Part shown: piece by piece, positions 30,001-38,551 of the stretch
How positions within the stretch are numbered: position 1 is the stretch's first letter
Layout: each line of letters opens with the position of its first letter
Assembly: GCA_945863035.1 (NCBI GenBank)
Contig: CAMAZH010000001.1
Coordinates: 64,420-128,419, forward strand
Direction of reading: 5' to 3'
Length of the DNA stretch: 64,000 bases
Source of the DNA: Chitinophaga pinensis
GTDB lineage: Bacteria; Bacteroidota; Bacteroidia; Bacteroidales; GCA-2748055
Translations under genes and position numbers: made by a program
The notes under the pieces: generated by a model
Databases searched by the model: none
What the model saw: only the letters and a program-made list of their open reading frames with translations
What the model was told of the DNA's origin: nothing

Positions 30001-30634
30001 CAAGTCCCGGAATATTGGACTGACATGAAAAGTTATACTCCGAAATTCCTTTGGATATCCCTTTAATATCAGGAATGGCATAACAAGCTATATCTTTATA
30101 ATACCTGTGCTCCGCTTTCAGCTCTTCGCCCAAATTCTGATATGTCCCTGAGAATAATGGAGGCATCGGGACATTATAACCAATCTGCTGTCCTCCTTCA
30201 ACAGTTGATATACTCCAGACTAGTTTTTTCATACTCAATTCAGGACTGATCATTGGCCCACCTGCTGTAGCCCATCCATCGCATGCACTCATACCAATCT
30301 GAATATCAATCCTTTTTGCTTCAGTAAAAGTATGTCTGATCAGATCCCACCATTCAGGACTCATCTGTTCATAAGCCCTTTCAAGCCCTTTGCGGTGAAT
30401 GGTATCTCCGATAAACATCATCATAGCTCCGCCAATACCAATATTCTTCATCGCCTCGAGATCGGCAGTAATGCCTTCTTTTGTAACATTCCCATTCATC
30501 CAGTACCAATAAACCCAAGGCATTGCATCAGGCGCCGGATTATAAAATGCCTTCTTCAACTTCTGATGGTCAGAAGAGCAGGAAATAAACAGAATAATCA
30601 AGCAAAAATAAATCAGCGTTCGCATATATGGCAT
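27080..30634 (-). CDS. GH106-like glycoside hydrolase (alpha-L-rhamnosidase-type family), possible lipoprotein
   Basis: The N-terminal motif is AMPWVYWYWMNGNVTKEGITADLEAMKNIGIGGAMMMF. The C-terminal sugar-binding-like block is FSGTARYETTFDF..LDLGKVDNIARVELNGKDAGLAWTSPFVVDIT..ENRLVIEVTNTWNNRI. From memory, these are hallmarks of the roughly 1100-aa GH106 family; this needs dbCAN confirmation. Possible lipobox LFISC. An alternative start is the ATG at 30625 (MRTLIYF). Confidence 0.65.
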   Translation of the reverse strand: MPYMRTLIYFCLIILFISCSSDHQKLKKAFYNPAPDAMPWVYWYWMNGNVTKEGITADLEAMKNIGIGGAMMMFIGDTIHRKGLERAYEQMSPEWWDLIRHTFTEAKRIDIQIGMSACDGWATAGGPMISPELSMKKLVWSISTVEGGQQIGYNVPMPPLFSGTYQNLGEELKAEHRYYKDIACYAIPDIKGISKGISEYNFSCQSNIPGLDVRRLFDGNVKDQAIQAEGQNYFQITFQEPFLCRSIRIFSPIGSWMGYPFYAASMEVQVSQDGQNFKPVAHLEPDQHSWQEDGCPVTFRIPETTAKVFRFLFDTGVDLPVTMRYVGSTQKLLNLSEIELSPFPWIDHIEAKAAFRSRIAPQCKTIDPVCISIDPKEIINVSELLDSTGVIHWNVPAGKWTLLRLGYTITGEENETGGGGKGLESDKLSEEATRILFDGWLSRTMKEIRSDKVGKALPLIHVDSWEACTQNWTDKLITEFQQRRGYDPLPWLPVLIGIPVGSLEEYENFLYDFRLTIAELMNDNFYGKLAAMAHEKGVLFSAEATGPVMISDGMLHHKYTDLPMGEFWRDDPSPYDKPEDILEAASAAHIYNRNIVQAESFTDLESKWYEHPFALKAQGDYNFCKGVNKIFFHVYVQQPFVGKQPGATLDHIGLHFNRGQTWWNQSRAWIDYITTCQSILQKGYQMADILCFTGMDIPNRGLLPDQLNVEIPEGYHYLSINADALLNLAYIENGKLTLPNGASHKILILPDESFLGNGKYSIELIKKMEEFVSAGLIVVGPKPADVLGLMNHDSNSKEFKKLVNAVWGDCNGKEITTHVYGKGQVYWGETLENVLVKEKIQPDLIFNENDSMKFIHKKFNNEDIYFISNQQNCVRKIECSFRQSGKIPEIWNPQTKTIQKVYAYTIEDERVTLRLDLAPYESIFIIFGKAFKKQKHLTSFKYNSVPISLAANSKLYNTSFCPADQPVLTVSQAGNYELVFSDGSGENIEINDSLCSFPIKSRWKISFEANKGIEKDFSILTDTLFSLTKHDNPDVKHFSGTARYETTFDFDNNPVDKEYLYYLDLGKVDNIARVELNGKDAGLAWTSPFVVDITNALMHGENRLVIEVTNTWNNRIVRDMEFPLEERVSYFMHYEEFRNANDDNHVLKNAVSKNLFDAGLSGPCSIKSCRLISINSKQIVNVTR

Positions 30635-30656
30635 ATAGGTTAATATTACGGTTATT

Positions 30657-32864
30657 TTATTGGATCATCTGCCTGTAAAGTTCCTGGTCATATTCTTCCA
30701 GACCAAAAATACCATTCAGCTGGCTGGTCGTAACCCAAGGCAGCCAGCCGCGGTGGAGTCCATTGCCGCGCACGGGAGCTAAACTCCAGTGCTCCTGTTG
30801 CCATCCGGGTCCGTTCAAATCGTATAGTCTGCCAGGAATTGCAAGCATTTGCTTGGTATTGTGCAATAATATTTCTGATACTTCCAGATAATGGTCATCA
30901 TTAGTGTATTTAGCCATTTTGGCAAATTCGTCAACATCGAACGCCATGTAGCAATCGGTAAGAGAATGACCTGATGATATCAGCTGCAATCCAACGGTGG
31001 AATTGCCCCTTTTCCATTGTAATTGTTCATCTTTACTATCAGAAGGCATGGGAACATTCCAGGCATATATCCAGGTTTCAGAAAAATCAGCAGCCATTTG
31101 AGCTCTCCTGAGCCATTTTTTGTTTTTTGTATGTTCGTAAAGCATGATATAAGCTTCGAGCGAAAGTGTTCCAGCTTCCTTGTCGATCACATCAGGGTTA
31201 TCAATGGTTCCTCCCACAAAGACGCCATGGATTTGTCCGGAATCCCAGCAATAATCAGCGGCTTTTACAGCAGCATCAAGATAATTTGTTTGGCCGGTTG
31301 CCTTGCTCATCAGAATTAGAAAAGGTACTGCATTATAACTTGCCGAAGCAGATTTTTCTGCAACTTCCCCGGTCCCGACTATCCATTTTCGGGGGAAACC
31401 GCCTTCGCTGTTCTGCTGGGTTAATAACCAGTCGGCAAACGATTTGTTCCAGGCAATATATTCCTTGTAATGGTAACTGCCCGAACCTTCTCTTAATACG
31501 GCTTTCATCATGGCTTTCAGGTCATCGCCAAACGAGCGCAGATAGACCTGGCCGGGAGTCAGTGCTATAGTAAACTCCCCCGTTTCCATATTAAAACCTT
31601 CTCCAACTGGTGGATTTAGAGGCATACGGATAAAACTGTCAAAGATCCTGTAGGCCAATTCCCGGTATTTAGCGGCATTGGGATTTGCGGAATCAAGACT
31701 TCCATACAGCAGATAATTGGATACCTCGAGAGCTTTGCCAACAAATCCGAGGATTGTTTGTCTTGCATAATCCTTGCTTTCATTTTTTGCGGCTGATTGG
31801 TAAAGCCGTATTCCGGCATGATTGGGAGTAACCTGAATTAATCCAGCGAGCATATCAAGCATGCTTGTTTTAGCTAACTCGATATCCTGTTTGATTACAC
31901 GGGGTTTCAAAGTTTGCCATGCCCATCGCCAGGCTTTAACATAGAATTCAGAAAAAGTTTTTTCGTCTGAAAACCGGAAAGAAACAGAATATGTTTGTTC
32001 AAAGCCATTTATTACAGGATGATAACGCCTGCGCCATTGGTGCTTTTGTCCGTTGGGATAGGTTGCTCCCTGATAGGTATATTCTCCTTCGGAACAAGGG
32101 AAGTGATATCCAATTGCATAAAAGCCATCCTTATTGACAAGACCAACGGCTCCCAATAGCACTTGATGATTTATGAGAGTTTTACATTCAATGTCCTGTG
32201 AATCCAATGTATCTGTTTCTCCGTTTGGCAGAGGATTGAGTATCGTAACAGCCGACATGTCATTTGCCAGTAATCCCAGCATTGGAGAAGGTAAACGGTC
32301 TTCTCGTATCCAGAGCGTTCCCTTTCCTGCTAAATATAAATCTTTGCCACCAATAGCTGAATCCGTAAGATGCGCAGTGCTTCCGTAAATCATGCCAGGG
32401 GCAAAAATATTCACATCCTCCCTTGCAAATTTCTGAGCGGTTTTTAACTCAACTGATGAAAGAAAGCCTTCATTACTATTTCCTTCAACCTTCACTTTTC
32501 GCTTCAGGAAAAGGATGTTTTCCGAAATCTTCCATTCATCATTAAAAATATAAGATGCGGAAACTGTAGTAACTGTTGCTTTTCCTTTAAAACCAGAACC
32601 AGACTTTTCGTAGCTGCTGTAGCCTGAAAATAGTTTAGTGATTGAATCTTCAGAATGATAAATTTCAACTCCACATGCCGGTGAAGGCGAAACTGCATTT
32701 AATGATTGATTGTCAACTGAGATATCCCATCTGCCTTCAGAATTCTTTTGCAGTATTACTCTTGCCCCGTTTTCCAGCCTCCCAAGGTTTTCTCTTTCGG
32801 TGCATGATTCGAAAGCGAACATAGCCAATATTGCCGAGCTGATTATGATGTTTTTAATCTGCAT
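30657..32864 (-). CDS. Unknown lipoprotein-like protein: beta-rich N-terminal half plus alpha/alpha-toroid-like C-terminal half (candidate uncharacterised CAZyme)
   Basis: Signal with Cys: MQIKNIIISSAILAMFAFESC. The C-terminal half has helix-repeat character and a LLTQQNSEGGFPRKW motif that resembles the Q-x-x-x-G-G-F/W motif of alpha/alpha-toroid (terpenoid-cyclase-like) repeats. Also YLDAAVKAADYCW and SLEAYIMLYEHTKNKKWLRRAQMAADF. I could not assign a family by eye. Confidence 0.75.
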   Translation of the reverse strand: MQIKNIIISSAILAMFAFESCTERENLGRLENGARVILQKNSEGRWDISVDNQSLNAVSPSPACGVEIYHSEDSITKLFSGYSSYEKSGSGFKGKATVTTVSASYIFNDEWKISENILFLKRKVKVEGNSNEGFLSSVELKTAQKFAREDVNIFAPGMIYGSTAHLTDSAIGGKDLYLAGKGTLWIREDRLPSPMLGLLANDMSAVTILNPLPNGETDTLDSQDIECKTLINHQVLLGAVGLVNKDGFYAIGYHFPCSEGEYTYQGATYPNGQKHQWRRRYHPVINGFEQTYSVSFRFSDEKTFSEFYVKAWRWAWQTLKPRVIKQDIELAKTSMLDMLAGLIQVTPNHAGIRLYQSAAKNESKDYARQTILGFVGKALEVSNYLLYGSLDSANPNAAKYRELAYRIFDSFIRMPLNPPVGEGFNMETGEFTIALTPGQVYLRSFGDDLKAMMKAVLREGSGSYHYKEYIAWNKSFADWLLTQQNSEGGFPRKWIVGTGEVAEKSASASYNAVPFLILMSKATGQTNYLDAAVKAADYCWDSGQIHGVFVGGTIDNPDVIDKEAGTLSLEAYIMLYEHTKNKKWLRRAQMAADFSETWIYAWNVPMPSDSKDEQLQWKRGNSTVGLQLISSGHSLTDCYMAFDVDEFAKMAKYTNDDHYLEVSEILLHNTKQMLAIPGRLYDLNGPGWQQEHWSLAPVRGNGLHRGWLPWVTTSQLNGIFGLEEYDQELYRQMIQ

Positions 32865-33074
32865 TTTCGTAATTGTTTTATTTGATTATCAACTTGCCGT
32901 ATTCATCCATTGAAATCCAGTAATTGGTTTGAATACCCATCCAGGTCATCAGATTTTTACGACTGTTTCCATCATCATCGCGAATAGCTGTTTCAAAACC
33001 AATTGTAAATGCGTATTATTTTCATTAAAAATTATTTAAAGATTTGGATGCACAAGCGGCATTAAGGTAATTGA

Positions 33075-35918
33075 TTAATGGGTTGCCTTAGTTGCGAGCA
33101 GTTTTTCCAGGAGTTCAAATGAAAACTCATCTTTTGGCATGAACTTTTCACCGGCCACATAATTCATCAGACTTTGCATGAGTTGACGGGCAGCCGGACG
33201 GTTTGCTGCATCTGTCTCCAGGTCCATGGCACAAACCAGCAGCTTTCCGTTTCCGGCTTTTACTTCGAAAATTGTACCTAATTTTGCATTCCGGTCATAA
33301 TTATCAATAACCTGAAGGATTGGCCTGAATTCTGAGGGTGTTTCGTCAAGCAGAATTGCTTTGGAACGGTGACATACATCTGATGCAGTTCTTTCCATTT
33401 CCAAGGCCATTTCTTCAGGAGCCCCGGCAACACGGAAAGAATTGGCCGCGGTGAAATGTCCCAGCAAATCGGCCCACTGCCAGTTACTGTGTTCTTCAGT
33501 TGGGAAACCCTCAAATGCCGGATGCCCGGGATCACACAATATTCCCATCGTTCCAATCTGGTTAAATAGCCGGGTGCACCAGAAAACAGGCATAAAGCTA
33601 CCGGGCAATGCATTCCGGCCCGGCTGTGCCTCTGGCAGAAACCGCAATGAATCCGGCAGAACCATTCCCTTGTGAAAAGCGATGATCCCTTCTTCCGGAG
33701 AGGAAAACAGTAGCACCCGTTCACCCTTTGCAAGCGCATTCTTTGTGAATTTATCAAAAGCATACGCTATCCTGATGTTTTTCGGGATTTGTGTTTTCAC
33801 ATCAGGATACACCCATATTTCCCAGCTGTTTGATGTGCCTGCAGCACTTAATGTAACAAGGATTTTCTTGGAAGATGGAACATTAGTTAATGGAACATTG
33901 ATCTCTCCGAGTTTAGTGATCCGGCCGGTTTTGATCTGTATTGCAGGTAAATTCCCGCTGGCAATTTCACTTCCGTTGGTTTCAGTGATTTTCCATTCGG
34001 GCGAAACCCGGATTGCAGCCGGGCCGTAATGCGCAATCTCTGCTTGTGCTTTAAAGGATTCATTTGCCAACAGCACCCGTTTCGGCATGCGCATCAGACA
34101 AACTGTGGGAGAGCAAAAGCGGCGGAACTCGTCCGGGGTAATTAGTCCTTTCGAATCCCAAAAGGCATCGAGCCAGCCAACAATTGCAGTTCCCTGTCCC
34201 GGATAATCACGGGCTTCAAGAATCTGGAAACCGCCGTATGGAAAGGTTCGCAGACTGGCTTCAATCTCATCCTTGTAGAGCAAAACGCTTAACTTTCCGC
34301 TGGACTTAAAAAATGAATATGCCAGATCGGACATATTATGGGTTTCCAGGGATTTTTTATACGCTTCAAAATTCAGTGCTTTCAGAGTGCCTTTATATTT
34401 GCTGGCTTCGTTAAGATCAGGATACATACTCCATTGTCCAACCTCATGGGCAAAAGTAGGAACAGGTGCACCGGTATTCCGGTTTGTGTTTTCTGTTCCG
34501 GCAATCCATCCGGTAGATGCAGACCAGCGATCCCAATCGGTTCGGGGACCAATAGTCCCGCGCTGACCTATTTCAAAGAAGTCTCCGGTTTCTTCCGTGT
34601 TTCCTGTTTCACACCGATACAGGCGGCGCGAATCCTTTTCCCTGCCAAACCTGGTTAGTTCATCTAAAGTACCGGCAGACTCGTTACCCATGGCCATAAA
34701 TGCGAATGAAGGGTGATTACCGTATGTTTCCAGTATCAGGTTCAGTTCATCCCTGATAAACTGGTCGCGGACAGGATGCTGGCCGAAATGGGGTGCATCC
34801 ATGGTCCACAGCGGAAGCTCTACCTGAAAGAGAAATCCCAGCTCGTCGCCAGCTTCAAAGGCGGCAGCAGGCGGACACCAGGAATGAAAACGCATAAAGT
34901 TAAAGCCATAGTCATGGCAGATACGCAGCACCCTTAGCCACGATTCTTTATCCATGGGAGGATAACCGGTAAGGGGGTAAATACATTCATCAACTGGACC
35001 ACGCATCATGATTGGCCTGCCATTCAGCACAAATTGTTTGTCTTTTATTTTCAGGGATCTGTTGCCGTAAGTAATGGCCTTTGAGTCTTTCCACTTTCCT
35101 GATGTCAGTGATACGTTCAGCTGTCTTATTACGGGTGAGAATTCGTCCCAGTTATTCTCTTTTTCTGTAAAGGGAATTTCAACCACTGCACCACCCGCGG
35201 GAATTCTGTATTTGTTTGACTGGAGTTCAACCTCAGCATCCTTCCCTGTTTGATTTCCAACATTGACTTTTAATGAAGCCGGGAAAACCTGCACACCTTT
35301 AATCCATATCGGATCTGTAGCGTTCAGCTCAATTCTTCCTATAATACCATTCCAGTTCCCCTGAGTATCTTCAGTAATTGCGTGCGCCCATGTTCCGATT
35401 GGTATTTTGTATGTATTATCAATACAAATAGTTAGCAAATGTTTTCCGGGACTTAAAGAACCAAGGTCATAGACATGTGGTGTGCTAAGGCTATTCTGCA
35501 TTCCATAGGGTTTTTCGTCTATCCAGACATTGGTCTCCCAGTGGCAGCGCTCCAGGAATAATTCAATTCGTTTATCACTCCAGGCTGAGGGTATAACTAT
35601 TTCTTTTTGGTACCAGGCTTTTCCTTCATATTTGATTATCCGGGTAAGTTTACCAACAGCAGCTTCTGTAAATTTCATGCCATATCCGCCCTGTTCGCAG
35701 GATCCCGGCAAATCAATTTTGTTCGGAAGTCTCGTCCTGAACCATTCCTCATGTATACCGGTTCCCTGAGGATCAAGTTTGAACTTCCATTGACCGGCTA
35801 AAGAAACCGGCTTTGAATGTTCAGCGGTCGGAGTGCATGAAAAAAATCCAATCCCGATACCAAATGAAAGAAAAAACGATACTATGGTTTTACAAAGGAA
35901 TTTAGTCAGAGTTTTCAT
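33075..35918 (-). CDS. GH2-family glycoside hydrolase (beta-galactosidase/beta-mannosidase-like), possible lipoprotein
   Basis: Signal with Cys: GIGFFSC. GH2 N-terminal sugar-binding pattern: GKAWYQKEIVIPSAWSDKRIELFLERCHWETNVWIDEKPYG. TIM-barrel segments: HDYGFNFMRFHSWCPPAAAFEAGDELGFLFQVELP and NHPSFAFMAMGNESAG, which contains the N-E acid/base-type dyad. Confidence 0.8.
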   Translation of the reverse strand: MKTLTKFLCKTIVSFFLSFGIGIGFFSCTPTAEHSKPVSLAGQWKFKLDPQGTGIHEEWFRTRLPNKIDLPGSCEQGGYGMKFTEAAVGKLTRIIKYEGKAWYQKEIVIPSAWSDKRIELFLERCHWETNVWIDEKPYGMQNSLSTPHVYDLGSLSPGKHLLTICIDNTYKIPIGTWAHAITEDTQGNWNGIIGRIELNATDPIWIKGVQVFPASLKVNVGNQTGKDAEVELQSNKYRIPAGGAVVEIPFTEKENNWDEFSPVIRQLNVSLTSGKWKDSKAITYGNRSLKIKDKQFVLNGRPIMMRGPVDECIYPLTGYPPMDKESWLRVLRICHDYGFNFMRFHSWCPPAAAFEAGDELGFLFQVELPLWTMDAPHFGQHPVRDQFIRDELNLILETYGNHPSFAFMAMGNESAGTLDELTRFGREKDSRRLYRCETGNTEETGDFFEIGQRGTIGPRTDWDRWSASTGWIAGTENTNRNTGAPVPTFAHEVGQWSMYPDLNEASKYKGTLKALNFEAYKKSLETHNMSDLAYSFFKSSGKLSVLLYKDEIEASLRTFPYGGFQILEARDYPGQGTAIVGWLDAFWDSKGLITPDEFRRFCSPTVCLMRMPKRVLLANESFKAQAEIAHYGPAAIRVSPEWKITETNGSEIASGNLPAIQIKTGRITKLGEINVPLTNVPSSKKILVTLSAAGTSNSWEIWVYPDVKTQIPKNIRIAYAFDKFTKNALAKGERVLLFSSPEEGIIAFHKGMVLPDSLRFLPEAQPGRNALPGSFMPVFWCTRLFNQIGTMGILCDPGHPAFEGFPTEEHSNWQWADLLGHFTAANSFRVAGAPEEMALEMERTASDVCHRSKAILLDETPSEFRPILQVIDNYDRNAKLGTIFEVKAGNGKLLVCAMDLETDAANRPAARQLMQSLMNYVAGEKFMPKDEFSFELLEKLLATKATH

Positions 35919-35929
35919 GATTAGTAATC

Positions 35930-38548
35930 TTATTTGACCATTAATTTGTGAGAAGAAAAAGAGGCGTCCCCTTTTAATGTTAATAAGTAAATTCCTGTAT
36001 GGAGTGAAAAACTGATTGTTTTCATTCCGGTAAAAGATTCTTCATTTTTAAAAACAGATCTTCCCAGAGAGTCAAAAATTGTAATTTCATCCACACTTAT
36101 ATTATTAGAGTTCAATGTTACCTGGTCCTTTGCAGGATTCGGATAAACATCAATCAATTCATTCAGGTTTTTTTTTTCAATCCCTGTTGGAACATGGAAG
36201 GTCAGTTTGTTAATATTAAACCCGCCCGAAGAATTTATAACATAAATTTTCATGACATACCTGCCTGCATCCAGGTACATTCTTTTTCTAATGTTTGTCC
36301 ATGATTGTACTCCCCCGGTATTATTAACAGTGAGTTGGCCGGTCTTGTTAATTCCGTTAAACTCTAGCTGGAATTTATTGTTGTCTGATGCTGAAGCAAC
36401 CCTGATATCGACGTAAATCAGGCCTGATTGAGTAACATCCACGGTGTATTCAAGCCTTTCCCCGGTGGATATCCAGCCAACGTTATATCCTCCTCCTTCA
36501 TCTGATGTGTTTTCGATGTCTACATGAGTAATGCGATATTGACCGCCGTTGTTAATTTCATCAGAATCAAAATAAGCATCATCGGGACAACCCAGGTCGA
36601 AATCCTCTGCTTCAATTATCCCTGGAATAGATAGTGTTTTAAAGGGTAAACGTTGATCGGAACATACAATAAATGAATAAACAGGAGGACAGAAGGGGAA
36701 TGACTGAAGTGATTTTTTTGAGTAATGGATTTCCAACTTATCAGCACTATTATTTACGCTTACAAATTCAGCTCTGTCAACAGAGGAACATCGTTTACCG
36801 TCGTGCCACTGGTGGTAAATAACCAGCATTCCGCTACTGTCGGGAGTAGTGGTAAAACTGCAATGGCCCGGGCCTGTTTTCCCATCCCACATGATGGGAT
36901 TGCCGGGATTAAGGGTCCAGGGACCAGCCGGGCTGTCTGCCGTAGCATATCCTATACCATAATTGTTACCCGTACCATTGCCCGAGTAAACCAGGTAATA
37001 CTTGTTTTTATGTTTAAGCATTTGGGGTGCTTCGCGCACGCATTCGGTAATCCAACCTTCAGGGTGGGTGCCGTCGCCAAGGCAATGTTTTGGTGATGTA
37101 ATGGCGGAGAGGTCACTGTTTAATTCGCCCATCCATATGCCTGATGTTCCGCCGCATCCGCCCTCATTCCAATAGATATATTCCTTTCCGTCATCGTCCT
37201 GGAAAAAATGGGAATCTATCGACCACCTGTCGAGGAGCGGACCCGCATGATGTTTAAAAGGGCCGGCAGGGGAGGAGGCTTTTGCAATATACAGCCTGGT
37301 GTCTTGCGTATAAAACATATAGAACAGCCCATCTTTTTTTCTCTTCGAGACCTCCGGGGCCCAGGTCATTCCTATATCTCCAGGGGTATCCAGCACATTA
37401 CCCAATACATCCCAGTTAACCAGGTCTTTTGAGCGTGATGTGCGGCGATTGGTATTATACAAATAATAATATCCATCGCCCTTATGATAGCAGATGCCTG
37501 GATCTGGTGATTCTGTGTGGATAACGGGATTGGCAAAAGAAAGATACCGGTCGCAGGTGCCATGTGCACTATCCGGACAGGCAGAAGGTTCACCGGTTGC
37601 CACAGGTATTCCGAAAACAGGAATATCGTCTTTGAAATAGAATTCCTGCATTCGGGCATCCCGGGTGGCAAATCCGTTCCTGTTGTTTTCATATTTTCCG
37701 TGATATACCAGCCACCATTCACCACCTGGTGTCTGAAGGCACGAATGGTGCCCCACTGCATATGCATTATTACCGGGGAATTTCTGAAAAACGGGTTGGG
37801 CCGACTTGCTCCAGGATGAAGGATCCATGTAATTACTTCCAACAGCTGCGCTAAGCATTCCCAAACAGTAATTTTCGTAATGGCATTGACTGGCCGAATA
37901 TACAATGTGCAATTTGTTGCCATGAAGTAAAAATTCAGGACCTTCGTTAACGTTGCTTACTTGTTTTTCCCAACTGTACATTGGATAGGAAAGACGAACA
38001 GGGCTTCCATCAAGTGTGTAAGGGTTGCTCATTTTCGTCATCCAGATTTCCTGTCCTGCTGAGCCATCCATTTTTGACCAGGCCATATAAATCTGCTTAT
38101 TGTCAGGGTCTTGCCAAACCGTGGCATCAATGCCATTGCTTAATGTTGAAAATTGAGATTTCAGTGTATAGGAACCTAAAGCATCCTGTGAATTGCCTTC
38201 GAGTACAATGATATTGAACCAGAAATTTCCCGTATTGAAGCAAGTGTAAATATACCATTTGCCATTCAGATAATGTATTTCCGGTGCCCAGATATCAGGT
38301 TTTCCGCCCCATACACTTTTCGATTCTCCCTTGAAAATATCCTGAAGAGTAAGCGACTTATAGATCCGTACATCACCACCGGTAGTATGACAGCCATAGT
38401 AGAAACCTTCTTTATACATTACAAAGGGATCGGGGGCATCACCGCTTTTTAAGGGATTGGTGAAGTTACATTGTGCTGCCAATTGCTCTATTGACAAAAA
38501 AATAAGGAGAATAATTGTTAAAAAATTCAATTTCATTTTCAGAGGCAT
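35930..38548 (-). CDS. Secreted protein with two tandem GH43-like catalytic modules, a CBM6-like module and a T9SS sorting domain
   Basis: Module 1: GDAPDPFVMYKEGFYYG, IWAPEIHYLNGKWYIY, NEGPEFLLHGNKLHIVYS. Module 2: ESPDPGICYHKGDGYYYLYNT, TWAPEVSKRKKDGLFYMFYT, REAPQMLKHKNKYYLVYSG. CBM6-like: IPGIIEAEDFDLGCPDDAYFD. Sorting domain: VYPNPAKDQVTLN..GIYLLTLKG. An alternative start is the ATG at 38536. Confidence 0.85.
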   Translation of the reverse strand: MPLKMKLNFLTIILLIFLSIEQLAAQCNFTNPLKSGDAPDPFVMYKEGFYYGCHTTGGDVRIYKSLTLQDIFKGESKSVWGGKPDIWAPEIHYLNGKWYIYTCFNTGNFWFNIIVLEGNSQDALGSYTLKSQFSTLSNGIDATVWQDPDNKQIYMAWSKMDGSAGQEIWMTKMSNPYTLDGSPVRLSYPMYSWEKQVSNVNEGPEFLLHGNKLHIVYSASQCHYENYCLGMLSAAVGSNYMDPSSWSKSAQPVFQKFPGNNAYAVGHHSCLQTPGGEWWLVYHGKYENNRNGFATRDARMQEFYFKDDIPVFGIPVATGEPSACPDSAHGTCDRYLSFANPVIHTESPDPGICYHKGDGYYYLYNTNRRTSRSKDLVNWDVLGNVLDTPGDIGMTWAPEVSKRKKDGLFYMFYTQDTRLYIAKASSPAGPFKHHAGPLLDRWSIDSHFFQDDDGKEYIYWNEGGCGGTSGIWMGELNSDLSAITSPKHCLGDGTHPEGWITECVREAPQMLKHKNKYYLVYSGNGTGNNYGIGYATADSPAGPWTLNPGNPIMWDGKTGPGHCSFTTTPDSSGMLVIYHQWHDGKRCSSVDRAEFVSVNNSADKLEIHYSKKSLQSFPFCPPVYSFIVCSDQRLPFKTLSIPGIIEAEDFDLGCPDDAYFDSDEINNGGQYRITHVDIENTSDEGGGYNVGWISTGERLEYTVDVTQSGLIYVDIRVASASDNNKFQLEFNGINKTGQLTVNNTGGVQSWTNIRKRMYLDAGRYVMKIYVINSSGGFNINKLTFHVPTGIEKKNLNELIDVYPNPAKDQVTLNSNNISVDEITIFDSLGRSVFKNEESFTGMKTISFSLHTGIYLLTLKGDASFSSHKLMVK

Positions 38549-38551
38549 AAA

